From an uncultured Clostridia bacterium (GTDB lineage: Bacteria; Bacillota; Clostridia; TANB77; CAG-508), in the NCBI GenBank assembly GCA_944393125.1, contig CALXZB010000008.1:7528-39527 (forward strand): DNA of 32,000 bases. The letters run 5' to 3'. Positions 16,580 to 26,855 of this stretch are shown here, piece by piece; positions within the stretch are counted from its first letter, which is position 1, and every line of letters starts with the position of its first letter. The translations under genes and the position numbers were made by a program. The notes beneath the pieces were generated by a model that ran no database searches, had not been told where the DNA came from, and saw only the letters and a list, made by a program, of their open reading frames with translations.

Positions 16580-19500
16580 ATGGAGAAAAAAACTAGAAAG
16601 AAAATATTAGTTATACTAATGATAATAACAATATTAGCAACAGACTTTTTAGTACTTAGTACTGGAATAAAAACATATGCATCACAATTAAATAGTGAAA
16701 CAAATAATGAAAATATAGAATTTTCAGTGTATTTTAAAGATGGAGAAAATAGAGTAGACAGTGTGGAAAAAAGCATAAGAACAGATGATTTGAAATTATA
16801 TGCTGAAATAAAAGTGAAAAAAGAAGGTTACTTAAAAGAAGGAACAGTAATAGAACTAGAAAACAATAATTTTAACTTAAAAAGTGAAATATTACCAACA
16901 AATACACACATAAAAAGTATAGAAGGAAACAAAGTTAATTTAAAACAAATAAATAGTGAAGAAACAGTAGAAATAGAATTGGGAATAGAACCAGTTATAA
17001 CAGAAAAAATAGAACCAGAATTTCTTTCACAAACGACAACTGTTAAAATGATAGGAGTATATGTATATTCAAAAGCAGAAGAAGGAATTTCTGTAAGAAC
17101 TGATAAATGGGTTAGTGTAAATTATCAACCAGATGAAGAAACACAAGCAGAAATGGAAACAAAAATAATAACAAACAAAGTTCTTTCAATAGATGGAAAA
17201 AATCAAAGATTAATTCAGCAATTAGTAAGAACGAGAATTGTTGATAATGAATATCCAATTGAAAAAACAATAATAAAAGCTCAAATACCAGAATTAAGTG
17301 GAAATAAACCAGAAGTAGAAGCAATAGAGATAAATAAAGTAACAAAAATAGGTGATATAAAAACAGAAAATGGAACTTTAGAAATAACATTAACAAATGA
17401 AGCTGACTCAAATAATCAAATAAGTTGGAATAAAAATGTTTATGATGAAATTGTTATTTCATACATATATCCAGAAGATGTTGAAGTAGACAAATCAGAA
17501 ATAGTTACAGATGCAGAAATAAAATTATATAATTCTAAAAAATCATATACATTAAATAATAAATTAGCAATAGAAAATGAAGAATCAAATAATGTAATAA
17601 TGGGAAGAACTCAAATTACAACAGAGGAATTATATAAAGGAAAGATATATGCAAATATAGGGGAACAGTATAATACATATACAACAATGATTGTAACAAA
17701 AGCAAATATAGCGGACAAAGTTGAAATAATTGAAGGAGCAGATTACTTTGTAACAGAGGAAAAAGAATTATCCGCAAATACAAAATATATAGAAACAGAA
17801 ATAAATTTAGAACAAATGATGCAAATATTAGGACAAGATGGATGGATTGAAATAAAAAGTGGAGAGACAACAATTACTATAAATAAAGATACACAAGTAA
17901 ATGAAAATGGAGATGTTATAGTAAAATATGTAAATGGTGCAAAAGAATTAAGCATTTCAACAAGTGCACCTGTAAATAAAGGATTATTAAAATTAGAACA
18001 TACAAAGGCAATAATACAAAATGATTATACAAGAATACAATTACAAAAAGTTAATGAATTAAAAACAAAAACTATTACTACAGCAGTATTAGGTGAACAA
18101 AAAATATTGGAAAATTCTGCAGAACCAGCAGTTTTAAAACTAAATGAAACAATGTCAAAAGCAGAATTATCTATTGAAAATAACAAAAAATCATTATCAA
18201 CAACTGAAACAAATGAAATGACATTAGGAGTTACATTAATAACAAATGGAACACAATATGATTTATATAAAAATCCAAAAATAAGCATTAAATTTCCTGA
18301 AGCTGTAGAAAATGTTGAATTAGTAACAGATATAAATAAACAAAATGCAAATGAATTTACAATAAAAAATGGAGGATATAATAAATCAAATAGAACATTA
18401 CAAATAAATTTACAGGGAGAACAAACCTCATATCCAGAATCAGATTTAACACAAAGCTATATACAACTTAATTTAAAAATTTCACTAAATTCATTAGCAA
18501 TAGCTCAAAATGATAAAATAATGATGGCATATACAAATGAAAATGCTATTCAGTATTATAGTGGTACAGACTATGGAGTAACTGAACAAGAAATAGAAAT
18601 ATCAGCACCAAGCCAATTGATAAAAAAATTCAACTTAACTTCAAATGAAAATACTTCATTAACAGATACAGTGTTACAAAAAGTAAAAGAAAATGAAGTA
18701 GGTAAAGAACTTAATTTTGAAATATCACTAATAAATAATAAGGATTCAAATATAAAGAATTTGAAAATATTGGGAAAATTACCAACAACAGATAATGTAA
18801 TATCAGGGCAAGAAGCAAATACATTGGAAACAACTTTAAAAGGAATATCTGCTGGAAATGCTACAGTATATTATACAGAAAATTCCAAAGCAACAGTAGA
18901 TGTAAATAATAAAGAAAATGGATGGTCTACAAATTTAAACTCAAATGCAAAATTATACTTAATACAAGTAGAAGAATTGGAAAGAGGAGCAAATTATACT
19001 GCAAATTTAACAATAGAGCCTAAAGATATTAATGGAAATGAATTATCATATACTCAATATGGAGTTATATATGATACAATTTCAGAAACAGAAGTGAAAG
19101 AAAGCTCAAGAAAAATAGGATTAGCAACTTCTGATGCTGCAACAATAAAAACCGAAATAACAGCACAAGTAGGAGCAGATGTATTAGAAAACGGTGATAC
19201 TGTAAAAGAGGGAGAAGTAATAAAATATACTGTTACAGTTACTAATAATGGTGTAAACACTCTTGAGAATTTACAGTTAAAATTAGACGTGCCAGAAGGA
19301 ACAAGTTATGTAAGACCAATACCTGAAATAGTAGATGAGGATGGAAATATTATACAAGATGGATATGTTTATGCAGATGGATATTATGAAGAAGTGACAG
19401 ATGAAAATCAATTAGAAGAATTAACAAATATATTAATATCACAATTACCAATAAAAGAACCATATACAATAGAATATGAAGTAAGAGTGAATAAGGGAAG

Positions 19501-21979
19501 TGCAAATACTGAAATATTAAATCAATCAGTAGTAATATATGATTCAACAGAGATAGGAAATATTGAATTTAAAAACAGTGTACAAGAAGCTAATGTTAGG
19601 GTAACAATTAAGAGAGCTACAGATGAATCTATTAATTCATATCCTGGAGGAAAAGGATGTTATAAAATATATGTAGAAAATTTGGCAAATGAAACACTAA
19701 ATAATCTTGAAATGAAAGTATTATCAGATAAATTTGTTATAAATAGAGTAGATAAAGTTATAGATGGAAATGAAGTTACAATTTATGAAGAAAATGTTCC
19801 TGAAACTATAATAATTGACGAAATATCAGCAAATTCTAAGGAAACTTTTTATATAGAAGGAACAATTGATAGAGATATCCAAGAAATGCTTATATCAGCA
19901 ATAGTAAAAGATAATTATAAAAATACATATAGATCTAATGAATTAAAAGAAGATCTTCCAAATATAGACGTAGAAATAAATATGTCAAGTAATCGAGATA
20001 AAGAATATATAAAACAAGATGATATCATAGAATATACTATTATAGCTCAAAACATGGAAAATATAGATACAGAAATAGCTATAATAGATGAAATACCAGA
20101 TATTTTACAAATACAATCTGTATATATAAATGAACAACTAAAAAAGCAAACAACTAATGAGGAAGATACAAATACATATGTTGAAACAATTAATAATTAT
20201 ATATATGAAACAACAATATTAGGAGCTAAGGAAACATTTGAAGTAAAAATATTAGCAAAAGTAGGATATGTACCTAGTATGTATCATGGAAAAACTATAA
20301 CTAATAGAGCAGAACTAATGACTTTTAATGTATTAGAAGATTCATCTAAAGTTATTACTCATGTATTAAAATCAAATGAAGTTTCAAATGAAAATGTTGA
20401 AAATATTATAAGTGGTATTGCATGGTTTGATGAAAACGAAAATGGAAAACTAGATGCAGGTGAAGAGAGGTTATCAGGTATAGTTGTAAAATTATATGAT
20501 ATTTCAACAAATGATTATGTAAGAGATAGAGAAAGTAATATTATACAAACAATAACTGATAATGATGGGGAATATAATTTTTCTCAAATAAAGGATGGTT
20601 CATATTTAATTGTATTTGAATATGATTCTGAAAAATATGTGTTAACAATAGCTAATGCAGAAAATGTAGATTCATCAATAAGTTCAAAAGCAAGTATTAA
20701 AAAAATTAACTGGGATACATATATAGAAAGAGTTGGTGCTATCGAAATAAACAAATTAGATAGAAATGTTTTTGACATGAATATAGGCTTGAAAGAAAAT
20801 ATAGGTGAAACACCATCAGAAGAACAACCAGGAATAGAAGAAATTCCAGTAGAACCAGATGAACCAGAAAATCCAGATGATCCTAATGAACCTGATATTC
20901 CTGAAGAACCAGATGATGACAATACAGGAGATAATTCAGAAGATGAAGAAAAACCAGGAGTAACTCAAGAAACAAAATTAATAAGTGGATATATATGGTT
21001 AGATTCTAATGCAAATGGAAGAAAAGATAATTCTGAAAACTATTTGTCAGGAATAAAAGTTAGAGTATATGATGTTTTAAATAAAGAATACATAAAAAAT
21101 GATAATGGAGAAATATTAGTTATTTTGACAGATGATAATGGCAAATATGAAGTAAGTAATATAAATAAAGGATCATATATTTTGGTATTTGAATACAATG
21201 CAGAAGAATTTAAATTAGGCTCACAAAACTCAAATATAGTGGCAAAAGAATTAAATATAAATGGACAAAATATTACTGCAATAGTTACAGATACAATAAA
21301 AGTTCAAGATAATATATACAATGTAAATGTAGGATTACAAGAAAATTTAAAATTTGATTTAGAATTAGATAAATATATAAGTAAAATAATTGTTCAAACA
21401 AGTAAAGAAACAAAAACATATAATTACAATGAAAAAACATTAGGAAAAGTGGAAATTCACAGAAAACAAGTACAAGGAGCAAATGTTGTATTAGAATATA
21501 CAATAAAAATTAAAAATAATGGTGAAATAGCTGGATATGCTAAAAACATAGTAGACTATTTACCAAGTGGATTAATGTTCAGTTCAGAATTAAATAAGGA
21601 TTGGTATATATCTGGAAATTACTTATACACAAAGAGCTTAGAAAATACTGTAATAAATCCAGGAGAAGAAAAAGAAGTTAAATTAATTTTAACCAAAACA
21701 ATGACAAGCGAAAATGTAGGACTAATAAACAATACAGCAGAAATATATCAAGACTATAATCAATTTGGAGAATCAGACATAGATTCAACTCCTAATAATC
21801 AAAATCAAAATGAAGATGATTTTGGATCAACAGATGTAATTATACAAATTGCAACAGGAGGAAGCATAATAGCATATATAGTACTTATTTTCATAAATAT
21901 TGTATTGATATTTATAGCATTAAAAATTATGATGATGAATGAAATCATAAAAGTAAAAACAAAAGAGGAAAGGAGGTAA
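16580..21979 (+). CDS. Giant (1799 aa) cell-surface protein: signal/TM N-terminus, DUF11-type repeat domains, two SdrD-B/CnaB-like domains split by an acidic Pro-rich linker, C-terminal DUF11-like module and TM anchor
   Basis: The N-terminus is KKILVILMIITILATDFLVLSTG. The DUF11 signature is GDTVKEGEVIKYTVTVTNNGVNTLENLQLKLDVPEGTSYV. The SdrD-B signatures are GIAWFDENENGKLDAGEERLSGIVVKLYD...TDNDGEYNF and GYIWLDSNANGRKDNSENYLSGIKVRVYD...TDDNGKYEV. The tail is DSTPNNQNQNEDDFGSTDVIIQIATGG followed by a hydrophobic helix and a basic end. The gene starts 23 nt after the VanW gene. Confidence 0.9.
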   Translation: MEKKTRKKILVILMIITILATDFLVLSTGIKTYASQLNSETNNENIEFSVYFKDGENRVDSVEKSIRTDDLKLYAEIKVKKEGYLKEGTVIELENNNFNLKSEILPTNTHIKSIEGNKVNLKQINSEETVEIELGIEPVITEKIEPEFLSQTTTVKMIGVYVYSKAEEGISVRTDKWVSVNYQPDEETQAEMETKIITNKVLSIDGKNQRLIQQLVRTRIVDNEYPIEKTIIKAQIPELSGNKPEVEAIEINKVTKIGDIKTENGTLEITLTNEADSNNQISWNKNVYDEIVISYIYPEDVEVDKSEIVTDAEIKLYNSKKSYTLNNKLAIENEESNNVIMGRTQITTEELYKGKIYANIGEQYNTYTTMIVTKANIADKVEIIEGADYFVTEEKELSANTKYIETEINLEQMMQILGQDGWIEIKSGETTITINKDTQVNENGDVIVKYVNGAKELSISTSAPVNKGLLKLEHTKAIIQNDYTRIQLQKVNELKTKTITTAVLGEQKILENSAEPAVLKLNETMSKAELSIENNKKSLSTTETNEMTLGVTLITNGTQYDLYKNPKISIKFPEAVENVELVTDINKQNANEFTIKNGGYNKSNRTLQINLQGEQTSYPESDLTQSYIQLNLKISLNSLAIAQNDKIMMAYTNENAIQYYSGTDYGVTEQEIEISAPSQLIKKFNLTSNENTSLTDTVLQKVKENEVGKELNFEISLINNKDSNIKNLKILGKLPTTDNVISGQEANTLETTLKGISAGNATVYYTENSKATVDVNNKENGWSTNLNSNAKLYLIQVEELERGANYTANLTIEPKDINGNELSYTQYGVIYDTISETEVKESSRKIGLATSDAATIKTEITAQVGADVLENGDTVKEGEVIKYTVTVTNNGVNTLENLQLKLDVPEGTSYVRPIPEIVDEDGNIIQDGYVYADGYYEEVTDENQLEELTNILISQLPIKEPYTIEYEVRVNKGSANTEILNQSVVIYDSTEIGNIEFKNSVQEANVRVTIKRATDESINSYPGGKGCYKIYVENLANETLNNLEMKVLSDKFVINRVDKVIDGNEVTIYEENVPETIIIDEISANSKETFYIEGTIDRDIQEMLISAIVKDNYKNTYRSNELKEDLPNIDVEINMSSNRDKEYIKQDDIIEYTIIAQNMENIDTEIAIIDEIPDILQIQSVYINEQLKKQTTNEEDTNTYVETINNYIYETTILGAKETFEVKILAKVGYVPSMYHGKTITNRAELMTFNVLEDSSKVITHVLKSNEVSNENVENIISGIAWFDENENGKLDAGEERLSGIVVKLYDISTNDYVRDRESNIIQTITDNDGEYNFSQIKDGSYLIVFEYDSEKYVLTIANAENVDSSISSKASIKKINWDTYIERVGAIEINKLDRNVFDMNIGLKENIGETPSEEQPGIEEIPVEPDEPENPDDPNEPDIPEEPDDDNTGDNSEDEEKPGVTQETKLISGYIWLDSNANGRKDNSENYLSGIKVRVYDVLNKEYIKNDNGEILVILTDDNGKYEVSNINKGSYILVFEYNAEEFKLGSQNSNIVAKELNINGQNITAIVTDTIKVQDNIYNVNVGLQENLKFDLELDKYISKIIVQTSKETKTYNYNEKTLGKVEIHRKQVQGANVVLEYTIKIKNNGEIAGYAKNIVDYLPSGLMFSSELNKDWYISGNYLYTKSLENTVINPGEEKEVKLILTKTMTSENVGLINNTAEIYQDYNQFGESDIDSTPNNQNQNEDDFGSTDVIIQIATGGSIIAYIVLIFINIVLIFIALKIMMMNEIIKVKTKEERR

Positions 21980-21985
21980 GAACAC

Positions 21986-24900
21986 ATGAAAAAGAAAATG
22001 AAAACAATAATATTGTTAATATTAATTATAGGCATTGTAGTAGGTGTAATATTTACAAGTAATAATAAGTCATATGCGGCACCAGATGGAACATGGCAAT
22101 CTAGTGAATGTAGTGTAGATCTTGGAGGCTATATAAATAGTGGTGGAAATAGCTGGATGACATCATATTGGAATACATATTGTTTACAACATGGAACAGC
22201 ATTAAGAGATAATATGTCACACTATATAAAATATAAAGTTGAAATAAGAGGAAACACAGCAACATTTTATAATCCGAATAAAAGTGTAAAAGGGACTGTT
22301 GTAACAGAAGAAAACAATGTATTAGCTGCAATTTTAACTCCTAATGATTATATACCATATTCTGTATTACAGCAAAGTAGTAGAGTTCATTATGATTGGT
22401 GGTCTATTGGAATGTATGTGGATCATTCACACGCTGTTCACCCTACTAAAACATATGAAGATTATAGTAGAGCACAATTAGCTTTATATTCTTATTTGGG
22501 AAAATGGAGTAGTGCATGTTCTAGCAAAGGTGTATCACCAGGATGGTCTTATGGTGCGAGTGGAATAGGAGATTATTCTGAAGCAGAGGCAGGAGTATGG
22601 TTTTGTGAAGATTTAGCAAGAGCAGGAACATTTAATGTAGATTTATATTATTTAGAAGCAGGTTCTTACCAAAATCTTCTAGTAGCTAATCCATATAGAG
22701 CAACTGAAGGCAAACCAGTTGAAACTACTTCTGTATCAGTAAAGAAAGTATGGAATGGTGATAATAACAATGCTTATTATAATAGAAAGCCAATAACTGT
22801 ACAATTAAAAGCAAATGGAGCAGTAAAGCAAACACAAACTTTAAATGATTCAAATGGATGGAGTTATACATTTAGAGATTTGCCTACAAATGTAACATAT
22901 ACAGTATCAGAAGTATCTGTTCCAGGATATACAACCAATATAACAGGAAATGCTCAAAGTGGTTTTACAATAACAAACACATTACAAAGAACAAGTGTAA
23001 CAGTCCGAAAAACATGGAATGATGAAAACAATAGAGATGGAAAAAGACCAAGTTCTGTAAAAGTAACATTATATGAAAATGGAGTAGCTACTAGCACAAC
23101 AGCGACACTGAGTGCATCAAATGGTTGGGCATATACATTTTCAAATTTACCTAAATATAAAAATGGATCCCAAGTAAAATATACTATACAAGAAACTGTA
23201 CCAACAGGATACACAGCAACATATTCTGGAAATGGAACAACAAATGTATCAATAACAAACACCCATATACCAGAAAAAACACAAGTAACAGTAACCAAAA
23301 CATGGGAAGATGCATACAATGGAGTTGAGGACTTTGATGAAATAAGACCAAGTTCAATAACTATGACTTTATATGGAAATGGAGTAAAAGTAACAAAAGA
23401 TGGATTCGGAAATGCAATAACAAATCCAATAACAATTAGTGGAACATCAAAAAATTGGACAGGAACATTTACAAACTTGTATAAATATGAAAATGGAAAA
23501 GAAATAGTATATACTGTAAAAGAATCAGGAATTCCAGAAGGATATCAAAGCACTGCCAGTGGAAAAACAACTGTTGTAAATACACATGTACCACATTATG
23601 ATGGATATATTGAAATATCAGGAAAAGCATGGCTAGATGGAGAAGGAGGAAAACAAAACAGTATAAATGGTACATTTGATAAAGATACTGATCCAAATTC
23701 AACTGACCAAGGATTAGCAAATATAAAAGTAACATTAAAAGATGAGAGCGGAAATACTATAAAATCAACATATACAGATGAAAATGGTAATTTTACAAGA
23801 AGTGACTATGGATATACAGATGAAAATGGAAATTATACAATAAGAGTAAATTATGATAATAGTGTAAATGCTTATAAATTATATGAAGATGCTGCAACAA
23901 TAGAAGCAAAGATAAAAACAGCATATGTAGAATTTGAATATGATGGAATGTTATATACAACAGTAGCAAATGCAGATAGTGGAGAAAATACTTCTAAAGC
24001 AATAGAAAATGAATCAACAAGAAATACTTTTGATAATAATCATTCAGTAGTAACTTCAGAAACAAATCCTAACAGTTGGAGTGATAGAAATATTACAGCA
24101 AGTACAAAAGGAGTAATAGAATTTGATGATACATATAAACATATAACAAATGGAACATCAAAAGAAAATATAAAATATTGTGATGGAAACGGTAACTATG
24201 TAAGAACTCAATATAATGATTCAACTAAAGTTACAACAGGAAAACACACATGTACAAATTGTGAAGGAACAGGACATTCAAAAGAAGAATGGCAATATGA
24301 AGTAGAAGTAATGAAAATACAAAATGTAAATATAGGACTATTTAAAAGAGAACAACCAGATGTAGCTATATTCTCAGACTTAACTAAAGTTGAAGTAGAA
24401 ATGAATAATCAAAAATATACATATTTATATGGGGTAAGAGGTAGCGATAAAAATAATGTAGGATTACAGGCAAAATTTGAAAATAAAGATACATATACAT
24501 ATAGAAGACCAGTAAATCCAGCTGATATAGCATATATCAATGAACCAACAACTCAAAGCGGAATGAGTGTAAAAGTAACATATGAAATAAAAGTAGCTAA
24601 CTTATCATCAACATTAGTAACAACAATTCACAGTATTTCAAATTATTTTGACTCAGAATATACAATGCTAAACAGTAGCGGATGGAAAATAACAGAGGAA
24701 GATGGATTTAATAAAGCAGTATACAATGGTGATTTAGACATAACAGTAAATCGAGGAACTGAAGTCTTGGTAACAGAAGTAACATACAGTGTTAGCTCAG
24801 AAGCAATATCAAATCTATTGAATGAAGAGGCAACATTAAATAATGCGGTAGAAATAGAATCTTACTCAACTACTTATGGAGAAAGTACTTTATATGCAGA

Positions 24901-26665
24901 ACAAAGAACTGGAGGAAATAGAACAGGAAAATCATATGCAGGATATGATTATGATTCACATCCAGGAAACGCAAATATACAGCTTGCGACTGGAGAAGAT
25001 GGAATAACAAGATTATATTCAACAGATAAAAACGATAATATAATACCTACAGATAAAATGGAAGATGATACAGATATAGCACCATCATTTGTACTATGCT
25101 TAGATGCACCTACAACATTATCAGGAACAGTATTTGAAGACGCAGATGCAAGAAATGATGCAGATAATAAAGATGAAAGAGTCGGAGATGGTAAATACGA
25201 TTCTAATAATGAAAAAACAGTAAAAAATGTGAAAGTTGAACTTTATGAAAAAAATGATGAAGGAAATTTTGAAACAGCAACTGTATATGATGAAAATGGA
25301 AATAAAATAACAAACGGTTCAGTGCAAACAACAGATGGAAATGGAGAATATGCATTTACAGGAGTAGTAACAGGCAAAGAATACTATATACAATTTATAT
25401 ATGGAGATGATACTACAGAATTAGTAGAACCAACTAAAATTAATGATGATACAAAACCAGATATAAATGCAAGAAACTATAAATCTACAATAATAACAGA
25501 ACCAACACTTATAAACATATTTAAAGGTACTTCAAATGATATGTATTGGTATATAAATATTAGTGATAATTATTCAGTAGCTATAGATGATATGGAAAAA
25601 AGACTAGAAATAAGTGATTTACAATACAGTACATATAATGAAAAAATAAATATGACAGCATATAGTAAACCATTTATAACTAAATTAGAATTTGATAGTT
25701 TAGAATCAGGACAATCAGATAAAGATGGAAACATTGGAATTTCGAATAATTTAAGTAAGCTAGATTTTGGAATTATAGAAAGACCTAGAGAAGACTTATT
25801 TACACAAAAAACAATATCATATATAAAATTATCATTAGCAAATGGACAAGTAATATTTGAAGGAGATCCAAGAACACAAGACTTAAATTATGTAAAAGCA
25901 ATTGGATTTGAACAAACAGTAAATTCAGGAGCAGATGCAAGATTTGTCAATGAAAAAAGATTGTTAGCAGAATTAGATGCAGAATTAATACAAGGAGCAC
26001 AACTAGAAGTAAAATATGAAGTATCAGTTACTAATAATAATGAAATTGACTATGATTATGGAGAAAATTCAGATTATTACTATTATGGAACTATTCCTAC
26101 TGGAGAAAATCCACTAGCGACAACAATCGAGTTAGTTGATTATTTAAGTGGAGAAGTAGTATATAAAGAAGATACAAACCAGTGGGAAAAAACAGAAGCA
26201 TCTCAATTAAAAACAGAAGGACTTATAAGTCAAGAAACAGAAAAATTTGTAAAAGAAAATGATTATAAAGTATTTTTACCAAAATTTGAAGATGGAAATT
26301 CTGGTGAAGTAACACTAGAAAGAAAGGAAACTTCAAAGATATTGACAATGTCAATTACAAAAGTATTAACAAATCAAACTACAAACGCATATGATAATGG
26401 CATTGAAATAATAAAAATAGATGGAAAAACAGCAAGAACAATCCAAGAAATAAATGGAGAGATAGTAGAAAAAACATATAAGCCTGGAAATTATGTACCA
26501 ACACAAGGTCCAAATGAACAGGATGATGATACAGTAGATGTAATAATTACTCCACCAACAGGTACAACAAAATATGTTGCAACATACATTGTTACAATAT
26601 TAGCAGGATTAATAGTAATAATTACAGGAATTGTATTTATAAAGAAAAAAATCTTAACAAAATAA
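21986..26665 (+). CDS. 1559-aa surface adhesin: signal peptide, putative thioester domain, three CnaB repeats, SdrD-B-like domains, C-terminal TPPTG sorting-signal-like motif with TM and a basic tail
   Basis: YCLQHG (Cys66, nt 22181-22183) and SYQNLLV (Gln229, nt 22670-22672) fit the thioester-domain Cys/Gln motifs. The CnaB repeats begin VSVKKVWNGDNN, VTVRKTWNDENNRDGKRPSSVKVTLYENG and VTVTKTWEDAY...IRPSSITMTLYGNG (about 22718-23605). The tail is TPPTG (26549-26563), then TTKYVATYIVTILAGLIVIITGIVFI, then KKKILTK. An SD ggagg lies inside the end of the upstream gene, and the gap to it is 6 nt. Confidence 0.9.
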   Translation: MKKKMKTIILLILIIGIVVGVIFTSNNKSYAAPDGTWQSSECSVDLGGYINSGGNSWMTSYWNTYCLQHGTALRDNMSHYIKYKVEIRGNTATFYNPNKSVKGTVVTEENNVLAAILTPNDYIPYSVLQQSSRVHYDWWSIGMYVDHSHAVHPTKTYEDYSRAQLALYSYLGKWSSACSSKGVSPGWSYGASGIGDYSEAEAGVWFCEDLARAGTFNVDLYYLEAGSYQNLLVANPYRATEGKPVETTSVSVKKVWNGDNNNAYYNRKPITVQLKANGAVKQTQTLNDSNGWSYTFRDLPTNVTYTVSEVSVPGYTTNITGNAQSGFTITNTLQRTSVTVRKTWNDENNRDGKRPSSVKVTLYENGVATSTTATLSASNGWAYTFSNLPKYKNGSQVKYTIQETVPTGYTATYSGNGTTNVSITNTHIPEKTQVTVTKTWEDAYNGVEDFDEIRPSSITMTLYGNGVKVTKDGFGNAITNPITISGTSKNWTGTFTNLYKYENGKEIVYTVKESGIPEGYQSTASGKTTVVNTHVPHYDGYIEISGKAWLDGEGGKQNSINGTFDKDTDPNSTDQGLANIKVTLKDESGNTIKSTYTDENGNFTRSDYGYTDENGNYTIRVNYDNSVNAYKLYEDAATIEAKIKTAYVEFEYDGMLYTTVANADSGENTSKAIENESTRNTFDNNHSVVTSETNPNSWSDRNITASTKGVIEFDDTYKHITNGTSKENIKYCDGNGNYVRTQYNDSTKVTTGKHTCTNCEGTGHSKEEWQYEVEVMKIQNVNIGLFKREQPDVAIFSDLTKVEVEMNNQKYTYLYGVRGSDKNNVGLQAKFENKDTYTYRRPVNPADIAYINEPTTQSGMSVKVTYEIKVANLSSTLVTTIHSISNYFDSEYTMLNSSGWKITEEDGFNKAVYNGDLDITVNRGTEVLVTEVTYSVSSEAISNLLNEEATLNNAVEIESYSTTYGESTLYAEQRTGGNRTGKSYAGYDYDSHPGNANIQLATGEDGITRLYSTDKNDNIIPTDKMEDDTDIAPSFVLCLDAPTTLSGTVFEDADARNDADNKDERVGDGKYDSNNEKTVKNVKVELYEKNDEGNFETATVYDENGNKITNGSVQTTDGNGEYAFTGVVTGKEYYIQFIYGDDTTELVEPTKINDDTKPDINARNYKSTIITEPTLINIFKGTSNDMYWYINISDNYSVAIDDMEKRLEISDLQYSTYNEKINMTAYSKPFITKLEFDSLESGQSDKDGNIGISNNLSKLDFGIIERPREDLFTQKTISYIKLSLANGQVIFEGDPRTQDLNYVKAIGFEQTVNSGADARFVNEKRLLAELDAELIQGAQLEVKYEVSVTNNNEIDYDYGENSDYYYYGTIPTGENPLATTIELVDYLSGEVVYKEDTNQWEKTEASQLKTEGLISQETEKFVKENDYKVFLPKFEDGNSGEVTLERKETSKILTMSITKVLTNQTTNAYDNGIEIIKIDGKTARTIQEINGEIVEKTYKPGNYVPTQGPNEQDDDTVDVIITPPTGTTKYVATYIVTILAGLIVIITGIVFIKKKILTK

Positions 26666-26682
26666 GATAAAAATATAGAAAA

Positions 26683-26727
26683 ATGGAGAAAGAAAATGTA
26701 AAAATTATTCTTTTTCCATTTTTTTTC
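26683..26727 (+). terminator. Rho-independent terminator after the thioester adhesin gene
   Basis: atggagaaagaa (26683-26694) pairs with ttctttttccat (26708-26719) with 1 mismatch, followed by T8 at 26720-26727. Confidence 0.75.
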
Positions 26728-26767
26728 GACTTTTTTAATAAAATTTTACATAATATAGCTAAAAAAC

Positions 26768-26796
26768 TTGTTAAAAATGTCAAAATGTGGTATAGT
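26768..26796 (+). promoter_or_regulatory. Extended -10 promoter for the second giant paralog
   Basis: -35 ttgtta at 26768-26773, a 17-nt spacer including TGg at 26788-26790, and -10 tatagt at 26791-26796. Confidence 0.6.
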
Positions 26797-26855
26797 ATAA
26801 AGAGGAGAAAATACCTAAAAATATGTATTAAGCAATAATATGGAGGTAAAAAATA

